NCBI GenBank assembly: GCA_000320545.1
Contig: ADNK01003021.1
Coordinates: 1-51,992 of the forward strand
DNA: 51,992 bases
Reading direction: 5' to 3'
From: Bigelowiella natans CCMP2755
Lineage: Eukaryota > Protista > Cercozoa
Part shown: positions 12,979 through 29,325 of the stretch, piece after piece
Layout: each line of letters starts with the position of its first letter
How positions within the stretch are numbered: the first letter of the stretch is position 1
The notes under the pieces: model-generated
What the model was told of the DNA's origin: nothing
Database searches by the model: none
What the model saw: the letters and a program-made list of their open reading frames with translations, nothing else
Made by a program: the position numbers and the translations under genes

Positions 12979-15777
12979 CTATCGTTCAGAGACGATGTTC
13001 AGCTTCTGCTTTGTATCACCAACCTGAGTTCAATGTTAATGTGTCCTGTTATAATCTTAAATAATACGATACGAGAAAACCATGATGTACCCGAAGGTGC
13101 CAAACTCCTGTTTGAGGTTTCCAGTTGCCCTGCTCATCTGCAAGAGCGAGGTTGTGGGCTGTGATGTTGAATTCCACCTGCCTCACCTCCGACGCCTCAA
13201 GGTAGACCTATGGTGAAGAAGAAAGGTAAGAAAGTCCGATAAGAGCTACTCACGAAGCGTTTCGATGTCCGAGGAGATGTTTTAATCATTAATCAAACGG
13301 GACCATCACTTCAACAAAATACCTTGTCGAAAGCAATCAGGGTTCTTTTTGGTGCCATCTTTGCCTCAGCTGGGGGCTCCATCATGAGCAGGATCGACTC
13401 TGCTCCTGCGCGGTCGCCCATATTTGTCACGTTTACTTTCACTGTGGTCACAGTCTCCGACAGAGCGGGGCCATGGCTACACATAGTGATCGATGAGAAC
13501 ATGCAGTGAAAACAAAAAAGTATGCTGGGGACCTTGCTTCAAGAGCGGCCTGGAGCTTGCCAAGGCCAACTTCACGGCCATCGTGAATGATATTGCTTTC
13601 GAAGGTAGTATACGACATTCCGTGTCCAAATTCATAAACAGGCTCTCCCGTATAGAAGCGGTAGGTACGTCCTAACGCATAAGGGAGTGTGAGGAAATCG
13701 GAATTGAGGCAGAGGAGAAGATATACATGTGCATAGTATTACCTGGGTAGCCCTTTCCATCAGGGCGCATCCGCATGTCGCTCATCCTGATGAGATCGAG
13801 ATAGAGCACAGTTAGACACTGCGCGACTAAGACCAAACGTAAATATGATGATGATAGCAACTTACTTGACTTGCTCCGTGTACTCATTTCTGTAAAAAGT
13901 TTGGGTGAGTCTTCCAGAGGGATTGATCTTGCCAAAGAGAACATCAGCGACTGCTTGTCCGCCTTCCTGACCAGGATATCTAAGTAGAAGATATGGAGAA
14001 GAGGAGAAACAAAGAAAGCGTGTGAGTATCCAATCGCTCTATTCAGATCGAGTAAGTTCTATGTTCAAAACAATTGATATTCTCACCCCGCCCATACAAG
14101 CGCCGGAAAAGCGTCGGATTCCTTTGCCCAAGCGATATCTAGAGATCCACCGGAGAAGAATATTACAATTACCGGTTTCTTTCCGTTGACAGCACTAGCA
14201 ACCTTGCGCGCCAACTCTATCTGTTTTCCAGGCATTGTGACGTTCAGGCGGTCCACACCCTCCCTCTCAATATGCTGATTGAGACCCAAGAATAGCACGA
14301 CAGCGTCCACCTCCTCATTCTTGGCCAAATCAACAGCCTTCTGTATGCTCTCCGACTTAGCGGTGTTATTACATACAATCCCATTGTCACAGCCTTGTGC
14401 GTACTTGACTTGTGCAGCGTACTTGGTGATCCCTTCGACTGGCGACACGATGTGTGCCGCAGGACCTGCATAGTTTCCTTGCATCTCTGCCGTAGACTGG
14501 CAATGTGGACCGATGAGAGCAACTGTCATCGCCTTTCCTCCCTTAAGGGGAAGGACATCGCCATCATTTTTGAGGAGAGTAATTCCCTGTTGCGCAGCCT
14601 CCAAAGCGAGTGTTTTGTGCGCGTCCGTGGAGATATCGTCAGCTCCGAGCTTTGCGAAAGGCTGTTGTTCCTTTGGGTCGAACATGCCAATTCGCATCTG
14701 GACGCTCACTAGATGCTTCAGGGCGGTGTCCATCATAGACATAGGAATTTGCGCTTTTTTCAGGGGATCCCGCAGCTGATCTGCGGTAGCGAAAAGCCCA
14801 CAGTCGAGGTCCATACCAGCACCAAACGTAGCGTTAAGTGTCTCAGGGATGTTCTGGGTGTAGTTGTGCTGATCCATGACATACTCAACAGCTCCACAGT
14901 CAGAGGTAACATAGCCTTCGAAACCCCATTCCCCTCGAAGCCGGTCTGTGAGCATTTTCTTGTTGGCACACATCGGTACCCCATTTAAGGAGTTGTAGGA
15001 GCACATTACCGAACTCGCTTTTCCCTTTACGACACATGATTCAAAGGCAGGTAAATAGGAGTCTGCGAGATCCTGTTCAGGAACGACTGCATCAAATTCG
15101 AAACGGCCGATTCCATCAGAATCCTCAAGTGAGTATGCAACGAAGTGCTTGCAGCAGGAGGACACCCTCAGTCGGTTAGGATCCTCCTTCCCAAACTGGA
15201 AATTCTTCACATAAGTTGCGGCATATATTGCGTTTAAATGTGGGTCTTCTCCCGGAGTCTCCTGACCACGGCCCCATCGCGGATCACGGAAAATGTTGAC
15301 ATTTGGTGCCCAGAATGTAAAGCCGCTCCATCCCAGGTTTGCGAATGCACGAGCCTCTACTCCGATTGCATTTCCCAGCTTCGCAAAGAGTGTTTCGTTG
15401 AAACTCATCGATGAAGTTTGGACCTGTGGGAAACTAGTAGCGTACGGGTGTGAGAGAGGCATCATCAGCTGGCTGTCATTCCAGGACAGGGCAACACCGT
15501 GGAGGGCCTCGTTCCACCAGTGGTATTTTGGGACGTTTACACTTGGAGCATCCTGAGCCTCATTGGTAAACAACTGCAGTTTGTCCTCGAATGAAATCGA
15601 GTTCACGAAATCTTCAGCCCTCTTCTCGATAGATAGGCTAGGATCGCAGTAGCCCTTCAAGGCTGCTCCTTTACATGGATTGGACCATGGCCAGTATGGA
15701 GCAGGAGGATTACCAAGACTCTCCTTCGCCTCACCGCCGACAGCGACGAAGAGGGAGATCGTGAGAGGTAGGATCAT
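12979..15777 (-). CDS. Glycoside hydrolase family 3, beta-xylosidase/arabinofuranosidase-like, secreted; 6 exons
   Basis: Signal-like N-terminus [17 protein letters not shown]3 motifs [45 protein letters not shown], nucleophile region [16 protein letters not shown]. Spliced continuation WAG|YPGQEGG..NPSGRL..YPG|[18 protein letters not shown], then an Fn3-like domain and stop TAG at 12981-12979. Introns 14086-13980, 13865-13787, 13742-13672, 13322-13208, 13090-13024. Confidence 0.93.
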
Positions 15778-16415
15778 TGGGGAGGCCGGTGAAACAAACA
15801 GCCTTTCCTCGAAATGAGAAATGTGGGCAGGGTATGGGTGAATACATGAAGACCCGAGAAGGAACAATATTCTAACAAAATGCAGCATTAATCATTGTCG
15901 CACGACCAAAATCTTCGGTGATTACCGCACATTCGTCTGTTTCTGGAAGTTACTTTCGAGGCAACATAGGATTTTATGGATGGTTTATTGATTATTAGTG
16001 AGTCGCAACGGAATTTCCGCCTGCATAAAATAGTTCTTTCCTTTCCAGTTTTCGTAACCGCAAAGCTTAGGGAGTAAACTTGGGCTTACATGTACATATG
16101 TAGGAAATATTTTGTATGGGAAATATCGTCAGGGATCTTCACCCCTGACGTGGCTCAGGCCATAGTGGGGGGTATGTGTGATTCTTCAGCTACCCAATTT
16201 TACAGCAGGGTTGAGACTCTATTCGCACTGGATCTATCGTAGATCTACTTCGTACTAGGAAATACTACTGGGAATAATTCCTGGCGAAGGCTGAAATCTC
16301 CCCTTTTTCCCTGTCGAACTACTGTGGATTGTGGATCGGCGGACAGAGTTGTGAAGCATCGGGAGGGTCAAGGCTGATAGAAAAATGTGAAACGCAGGCT
16401 ATTTTCCATCAAAAT

Positions 16416-20116
<3,701 letters not shown>

Positions 20117-21175
20117 GAGAATAACGGCTTAGAACGTGGCAGAGAGCGATGATTTGTGTGCATCGTCGTTCTGAAGATGTGCTCAGTCATAGGAATTTAG
20201 AGCGCTGCAGCATTTAGAGCAGGATGCATTGGAGTCCACACTTCGACTTGCTGCAGCTCTGTATTTCATAGCTAGTTTTCGGTGGTGCTTTCAAGAAGGA
20301 TGCAATGGAGAACCTTTATCTCGTTTCGCCATTGCAATTGCCCTTGTCTCCACCAGAAATCGTGCTGGTCACTTGTACATGTAGCAAGTGCCAAACACGT
20401 AGATGGATTTGTAGCAACCATGTGCTAGCGTGTATGTGAGTCTCAGTCTATTTGAAGCTTATTCCTACGTGTGTAAGATGGATGTAATCAATCAATTAAA
20501 TTTGTTCAATGGTCCTCCTAATGTAGCTGTGCAATGCAGCGTGTGTGCCTGTGTGTGTGTATAGTTATATTCAGCCCATATACGCTAAGCAAGTACGTAT
20601 ACACGCTCACATGGCAGCGGTCAAATGCAATTAAAACGCTAAGAAGGCGCAGGTTTTTGTGTGCCACTACGCAGCGGACAAGTCAAGCATACAGGTTTAG
20701 ATGCTAGATTACTGGCACAAGCATGCATTGATCGTGTAGGCTATGATGGGTCGATACAGCAGTGCCTCTACATTCGTAGCGCAAGATTAGTTTGCTATTC
20801 GACCGCAACGGCATATCTATCATTTCATCAAAGTATGATTGAAAAATAGCAGAGCATTACGAGAGCATAACTCATATACAACAAAAACGGTGTCAAATAA
20901 CAAATAACATGCCAATAATGGCATACGATATCTTACAGCAGCTTGCACCACAATGCCCGATTAATATTGTAGGAATAACCCGCCGCGGCACTCTCTACAT
21001 CTAGGCATACGCGCATTCTGTAGATCGTACAGGCACAAATGAAGCATTAAAGATACGGTATCAAAAAAATTATGTTGCGATGTACATGCATGCATCTCTA
21101 AATGTTCCTCGACGAGACGACAGATTTCAGTTTTCCATCAATTGCATTTCACCGAGAACAGCTCTTATCGCCCTT

Positions 21176-21442
21176 CTAGGAGTTGAGCATATCCTTCAAG
21201 ATAATTTTCTGCAGAGCTGCGAAATAGAGGTCCTCCATGTGGTCGGCGATCGCACTGCCGTCGGCCAACATGCGTAGTCTTTCGAATTCGGACTCGTAAA
21301 CCTTGGAGAGGGATGGGAGCACCTCCGTGATGCTCATCTTGTGCATGTTCTCCGTCGCCAATTCTACATAATCCACCTCTTCCACCTCCTGCTGATCCTG
21401 CCTCGAGGTAGCCCCAAGCCGCAGGGCATCCTCCGTGCTGAA

Positions 21443-21493
<51 letters not shown>

Positions 21494-23566
21494 TCATTGT
21501 TAGACATCGACACACACAGCCGAGAGTAGCAGTGGCAGCAGCAGCATAAATGCCAAAAGGAGGATGAAAGAAGGGGGAAAGCAGTTGTAGGACTCATTCC
21601 CCGACACACAACAACAGCGCAACTATCGCCTAGCACTTGGTCCATTCATATGGTGCTTTGCTCATTCATTTCTTGTTAACTGACCTGTTGATCATAACCC
21701 CTGTCTTGACGTGTGAGTACTGCAGCATACGCGGAACCGTTGGGATTACATCCTGTTGTTAAATTATGTTTTTAGGGGGGGGGGAGGGGCGGGGAGAATT
21801 AGTTTGGCACACTCTGTTGTTGTTGTTGTTGTTGCTGTTGTTGTTAGCAAACACATTTATCATTGCTACCATTTAATTAATCACACACTGACCCATCTCC
21901 ACTCAAACCTCCCTCCTCGTTCCCCTCCCCCCTATGCCTCCTCCTCCCCTCCTTCACCCCCCTCCGAGCTGCCACTCACTACTTTTGAGTTGTATATTCT
22001 CCAAGATTCCTCCACCGTTTCATCGAAGTCTCTCGCAAACGCAGCATTGCCAACGCGCGGACTACCGAAACTGTACTTTTTCACAAAGACGCTTCTGGGT
22101 GCTGCAGGCGACGATGACGATGATGATGTTGGTGAAGAAGAAGATGAAGAAGAAGAAGAAGAAGGGGGCCGAGAACTTCCATACTGTCGGTATTTCGTTG
22201 CAAGCTCGTATGCAGTTAACGTGGCCAGAGCTCCTCCAAGACTGTGCCCTGTCACATAGATCCGCCATTCTCTATCCGCATCAACCATAATTGCCTTTTC
22301 CACGGTATCGAGGATGCGATGGCGGATGGACATGTACGCGCGGAGAAAGCCCTCGTGCACAGCAGCTACCATCGGAGGCTCTGAAACAACAATGATGATG
22401 GATGATGATGATGATGATTATGATGATAATGATAGCCAGTCGTCACGCAATAATGAGGAGAGGATGATGCAGTATAATCTTATTCATGAGATCCACGATG
22501 AAACTACGAAAAGCGGCGTAGAATGAAGTAACAGACGCTGTAGTGGATGATTATATGTTCTTCGGGGATTGGTGGATGTTGCTGCTTGAAAATCTTTGAA
22601 GTGAAAATAAAAGAACAGATACTATACCGAAGCTACTAAACAATGTTATCAACACTATTTTACCATTATTGGTCCTCTCTGCTTTGCTCTTCTCCTCTTC
22701 CTCTGTCTCTGTGTTAACGTCTATCGCTTGCTCTTCGGTCTCCACATCGATCTCGCAATTCATGGCAAATCGAATCTGAGTCCCTGCCATCCCGCCGATC
22801 GGGTACCTTCGCAACAACAACAACAACGACGTCGACGATGACGGTGTTTCTTGTATATTTTGGTGATTCAGAGTACTTCGGTAATACCATTTAGCACATA
22901 CACTCACACGCACACACACGCACAGTCAGAGATAGGCAAACGCAGGCAAACGTGAGCTGCCAAGAATCTGTGCCACTTCCTACAATAATTACAACCCCAT
23001 CATCCATCTACTACCACATCGCTGAAGATGATGATTCTTTGCTTGGAGGGAGAGGTATTGAAGATATGACTTTGGAAGAACGGGGGGGGGGAGCGGATGG
23101 TGTTGGATCTTGTTGTTGCGGTCGCCCGTTTCCTTCTGCTTCTAATTCGATGATTTCTACTCGAAGATTTCTCTGTCCTATCTCGATACGCGCTGTGAGG
23201 TCATTTTCCCAACGGGGAGACACTCCTAGATAGTAACAGCATCACTCACTCAGCCGAAGCCTGACTTCTGTGCGTGCATGCCGTATAGCAAGCACATCAT
23301 CAACGAAATTCCTACAACAATCCAGCCCCAACTGGGAGGAACTTCAAATTTTCCTGGTCTTGAAATTTGGGGGGGAGGACAGGGTTCACGCATGCAAGCA
23401 CGCACACACAAACACAAACACAAAAACAAACACAAACACACACACACAAACGCACACACCACAATACACACACACAGACTATAAGCACAAGATCGAACCT
23501 TTTTTCATCTCTGTTTGCGCAAGGACCACTCCAGTGTCCACGTTATGCAGTCTCACAGCATAGCTG

Positions 23567-23606
<40 letters not shown>

Positions 23607-24475
23607 CATTTTACCATCGTCGTCAAAGTCAACCAACTCCTCATCACGACTATCTGTCACTCTGATGTCCAATGTATTTGGTCGCACCGCACATGCATGT
23701 TATCATATCCACCATCACCACGCTCAAACCCTGTGTCTCGCTGCCGTTGCCCTATTCCAAAGACGCCTCTCTCCTTGCCGTTGCTTCCATCCTCCATGAT
23801 ATCTCGAGCTTGAAGGCTTGCAAGACGAAGGGTGCCTGTTTTAGCTTTGGTAGCGAATTCAGGCTCTCGAGGAGTGATCATCATGTCGGTTACGATGTCG
23901 CGCCATTTCGTCTGTTCAGTACCACGAAACGCTATCCATATCACTGAGTCCTCCTTGCTGCGGTACACATAGCTGATAAAATAGGGGGGGAGGGGAGCGA
24001 GCACATTAGAGTTACGAGAGAGCAGTTTCTGTGACTGCTATTGTAGACCTTCCCCTTCATCATCATCATCATCATCATCATCATCTTCCTTCTTCTTGTA
24101 ATTGTTATGATTACTACTACTCATACTATTTCTACTACGACGGCATATTGCTACTACCCCTGCGTATCAGTCTCTGTATTTTCCACAAAGCTGCACAGCT
24201 CATATTCACCCCTAGCCCTCTCTGCCGTGGTCGCCGCTTCCAGAAGCATCTTCCAAGCGCTCCCTTCTTTGCGAGAGGTCAGACCCATTCCATCTGCAAT
24301 TTTTGCCATTGCTGCCTTCTGAGCCTTGTCGCGCGCTGCTGCTAAGCGCTCTTGGAAGCTCTCGTCGTTCCAGAGGCCGTTCAATCGATCTTTGATAAAT
24401 TTAAGCAATACGTCCAATCATGATTAGAAATGTTTTGAAATTATTAGAGAGTGCGGAGAATTTTGTGTTGTTTGT

Positions 24476-24506
<31 letters not shown>

Positions 24507-25728
24507 AGAGGCTACAACTATTCTTTCTGCAACTGTTATTATTACAACTGTTAACACTGCTACTGCTAATGCTGCTACTACTTTGTATTCCAGAGATATC
24601 AGGCCAGGGACTAGAGGAGGCATCATCGGTACCGGCCAACTCACCACCACCACCAGCACCATTGATTGCTTTAAGAATATCATTGTTCTTGCCGTCTTGT
24701 AGCAATTCCTTGGAGGCCACTGTAAGCGCAGTCTGCGAGGATTTACAGCAATATACCTTCGTTACTATCTAGCCCAGTCAGTGAGCAATGAGGAGAACAT
24801 CAAACATAACAACCATCGCTCCTAATCTATATCAAACATAACAACCATCGCTCCTAATCTATATCATTCGCACCTGCACAGCACCGAACGTGTCGCCCCG
24901 CAGCAACCCCCTCCCTTTCTCAAATACGGACGCTGCATTCTTCACCGCGGTGCTCATAGCAAGAGTTTGATTCTGTCCAACTATCCCAGATATAGTGCTG
25001 AGAAATCGTGCTGCATCTAACTCCCTCATCTTCATTGCTAGTTGCGCCTTCTTCACCAATTCGTCTCGAGAGCATCCTGCGGTCCTAAGTCCCCACGCTC
25101 GCAGCACAGCTATCAAGCTTGCCGTGTCCATCCGATGCACGTTACCACGTACGTCGAGCCCCTTCAGGCCTACAATAACAACGGCGGCATGCAGAAGGAT
25201 ACTTGGTATATTTTTGAATACCCTCACCCACCCCCCGCTAGTCCCTTTCTGTTCATCGTCACGTCACTTCCCTCTCCCCCCAAGTCTACATTGCTTTGGG
25301 TTCTACGAGCAGCACAACGATACCTGAGGCAGAGACGTCATGAATGTTCAAGGGCACCCCGTCAATCACGTTGATGATCTCGGAGAATGGATGCCAGCGC
25401 ACAGCAATATCCAGCCTGCCTTCTCTCAGCTCCTCGCTCGCGACACGAAGGGTAATATTGTGAGTCTCGCTGTCTAGGAATGCCTCACCCAACTCGCACC
25501 GACAGAGTCTGAAAACGAGAAGAAGAAGAAGAAGAAGAAGAAGAAGATATAGAGAGGATGATCATGAAGAAGAGGATTGACATCTGAAAAAGCAGCAGCA
25601 TGTTTCAGCTCTTTCTTATGGTGAGTCAGAGACTGGTAGACATCTCCCCCGTGGTGCAAATTGGTATCTCTCTCTATAAAGAGGGTGAGAATGCTAAATT
25701 GAGAACAAACCAGGTAGTATGCCCCATG

Positions 25729-25766
<38 letters not shown>

Positions 25767-27204
25767 TACCCTAACTGCCTGCTGAACATCCCCGTAAGCG
25801 ATGAAGTCCAAAGGTCAAATTCGAGAGCAGCTTTCTCTGGTTCGCTTGCGTAGAAGTAAAATACCTCACCGTCCCCCTCGACCATGGCGTTCTTATCCTT
25901 GCGCTCAGAAGATCTAAGAAAGGCGAAGGGATAGGAACGTAGATTTACAATATTAGCGGAGAGCCACCAGACTGTTTCTTTGGTTGAATAGGAAGACAGG
26001 GTGGGGGATAGGAGGGGTTGGAACATTCACTCCTCCTTGATTATAGAAAAGATTGAAATTTGGGACTAAATTTTATTTCTTTTGTTAAGTTCCTGCATAG
26101 CCCCTTCATTGAGAGCCGCAGAATACGCTCAGGAAGTCATTGCTCTCTCTTAGTCTCTCATCTACTCAAACAGCTTTGACTGCTATTCTGCCTGCTAATT
26201 CCCTCCTCTAGGCAATCCTCTGTGATATCTACTTACCCCCATTCAAAATTGCCTCCAAGATTGATGCCTTGGCTCTCCGACCTCGCCACGATTTCCCCCA
26301 TGTTTAGCTTGACGAAGGGGTTGCACACTAATGGCAGCCCCCGAGCCCTGAGCAGTCGCACCTCCAGGAGTCCTTTGAATGCGTCTCGCACAAATGTTGG
26401 GGAGAGGTACGCGATCTGATTTCCATCTCTATCGGCCTCCCACACACCTTCCGCCTCCTCTGGATCTGTGTACACCTCAAAACTAAAGCCCGCTGCTTCG
26501 ATTGCACGGTCTAGATTCAGGGTCTTGACATGAGAATGAACCACCTTCTTCTTGCCCTGCCCAGTTGCAGTACCACCGATCTTCTTCGCACTGCTTCCGC
26601 TCTTATCAGCGTCGTATGAGGCGGTGGCAGCGGTTCGTCGAGTGAGGCTACGTTGATGTCCTCGCAGCAGCAGTTCTAGATCATCAATATCAGATATACA
26701 ACGAAAGTAGTGTAACATCAAGATTGATATCATTATCATTATTATAATCATAATATTGACGTAGTCTAACGACTCGGGTAAGTAACAGCATATTTATGAT
26801 TTTACGGATGAATTCTCTGAAAATTTGGCTTTCAATTATTTACATACCTGTGCGCTGGAGTTGATCGTAGATTCCATAATGGTGGCGACGGTGCGCTTGA
26901 ATACGCTGTATATATGATCTCCAACCCCTTGACCTTTTGCTTGACCACTTAGTTTGACTTCCTATTCTCAGCTTTGGTGCATGAAGTGTCTATAAGTTAT
27001 GATTTCTGGATTATGGCTTTGCAACTTTCGTATTTTATGCTCGCTTCGTTCGCTACGATCCTGACCACCTCTTATTGACTCACCTGTAATGGTATGCTGT
27101 CCCATGTACGGGCAGGCAACAAGCTGGAGCTAATTGTCGATCCCACAGGGTCGATGGATAGGGCAGCGTTCCTGACATGCAATAATATATGTGTACATGT
27201 GTAT

Positions 27205-27251
<47 letters not shown>

Positions 27252-27689
27252 ATGTATATCATTAAAGGGGAGGAAAGTAGGGTTACTTCCACATTCTTCA
27301 TATGAGTAGAATTTACTACTTCACTATTGCGTGATATGAAATATTTGTTACCAGTTCCGGCTTTTGAGAATACCACACGCCAGGATGCAGAGGATGCAGG
27401 CAGCTCGCACGCAAACCTACGATAATAATGGGCCCATGTCAGGCTGATCAGCGAACTCTTAGGAGGGTTGGTAATAGTATTACACTCAATCTGATCATCT
27501 GCAGCACCCACGAGCGCCGGAGCGCCTCCGTTTATCTGTTTGGGTGACTAGGTTGTTCGTGGTGAGGGCTGTCTCGATGCTGTCCACTCGACGACAAGTA
27601 GTCGGTTCAAAAGCATGCGAAATAGCTCCAATGTACCGACGACAAACTATATTTCCTGCATTCTTCCAAAAATGAAGGGTGTTTCGCAT
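21176..27689 (-). CDS. HIL1: Class 3 lipase with C2 domain(s), homologue of plant chloroplast HIL1 (At4g13550-type) galactolipase; 5' end uncertain
   Basis: LDRAIEAAGFSFEVY..IAYLSPTFVRDAFKGLLEV (HIL1-type N-terminal block plus C2), SAWKML, FVENTETDTQ, IAFRGTEQTKWRDIVTD, VHEGFLRAY, catalytic YVTGHSLGG (~22240), SFGSPRVGN, DVIPTVPRMLQYSHV, C-terminal DGSAIADHMEDLYF. Family assignment is from remembered motifs, not a search. Confidence 0.85.
24799..24866. repeat. Perfect 32-bp tandem duplication in a lipase intron
   Basis: ATCAAACATAACAACCATCGCTCCTAATCTAT twice (24799-24830, 24831-24862) plus a trailing ATCA. Confidence 0.9.
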
Positions 27690-29325
27690 GTTCGTGTCAT
27701 CTCGACCAGATCCACTGCGGCACTCGGATTCGAGAAGAATTCACATGATTTCAGGATTTCCCAATGTTTCTTCAGGAAATCGCAAGCCCAACTACCGGTT
27801 AGATCTAGTTAGTTATTCTGTTCGTGTCCTTGACTGGACTTCCCAGCTATGTAGATCTAGATCCATGGAGATCTACAGGCCTAAAAATTTCGGATTTTTT
27901 CCACCACAAACATCATAATTCGCTGAATTTGACCCTGTGAGCGAGGAGAGCGAGTGCCAACCAAACACCTTTTCTCTTGCTTTTTGCCAAAAGCTTGTCG
28001 CAAGGAACAAATCCAAGTCCCCCTTTTTGAAAATCGCCGAAAAAGTTGATGGTTGCGCGGCAAGTTTTTGAATTCAGATTCCAATATTCAAGTTAAAATA
28101 AGTGCATATGAAAATCCATTACAATTTTACACAAATACTCCAGAGATGTCCGTTCGTATTGAAATTATCCCATAGTTTTTAATTTTCCCTGAGCCTCATG
28201 TTCTGAATAATAAACCCCCCAAATTGGAGCACCATCCAAGAGATACACAGAGACACGTGTCCCTTAGGCGGTTCTCGCCAAATCACAGCAGCTAATTTAC
28301 ATTTCATGAGGTAAATCCATGCGGTTTTTCAATAACTACTTCCAACCATCATTAAAAACCAAGATGTTCGTTGTGTGATTTCTGGAAGTGAGAATGCCGA
28401 ATGTTTTCACTGTAAACCGAAATGTAAGGTTGTCGCAATGTACTAAACCTTTTACAAATCGAAAGAAAAATACATTACAACAAGATTATATCTGACACAC
28501 AAGACGCCTTTCTCTCCGACCAATTAGAAGAAGGGGTGCAACACTACCCCCACCCTAATTCGTCGTCCCCGCTCTCGTCTGTCTGATCCCTCTCCTTTGC
28601 CACCCCTTCAGAGGCGAATGGGTTAGCTTCCCCCCGCAAAATTGAACGAAATTTTTGGAGAGTACAGTGTGTATTGTGAAGGGGATAGAATGCAGATTTC
28701 GCTTGGAGGGCTATTCGTTTCTTCGAATCTTCTTCGATTGATCGACCTTTCGATTCTTCGATTATTCGCTTCAAGCGAGATTTGATAAATCGTCAAATTG
28801 AACTAGACCTCTTTTTTGCCATTTAACTTCCATCATCATGCTTTTCCGGTGGAGTTTGGAACTCACGAAAGAAACACAGATTCCACAAATGATTTTTCGA
28901 AAAATTGCAATTAAAAGCTTGCTGACATATTTACAAATTGTATAATTCTACAATACGCGTGTACATTATGCATGATCATCACATATACATATATACATAT
29001 ACAATACATATACATATACATATACAATACATATAAATGTATATAATTATATATATTATGATATACATTACTTATATAATTGTATGCATTATGATGTGAT
29101 ATGTGTTGTATTTTAAAGATAAATATTCACACTCACACACACACATACACATCCCGCATTTATTTTTTAAGATATGTCCATTATTTTGTTCACATTAAAT
29201 GTTTTACGGAAACGTTTGCGTTTAACGTACAAATATTTTACACCTACACAGTATCCGCCAGCCTCGGCTCCGAAGGAGAGATACCAGAGCAGGAATGCGA
29301 AGGAGAAAGACGAAATAAATTTTCA

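Noticed and set aside
15778-15888. Upstream in-frame ATG extending the GH3 ORF
   Set aside because: The ATG at 15777 gives a more typical signal peptide; the upstream start is not excluded but is less parsimonious.
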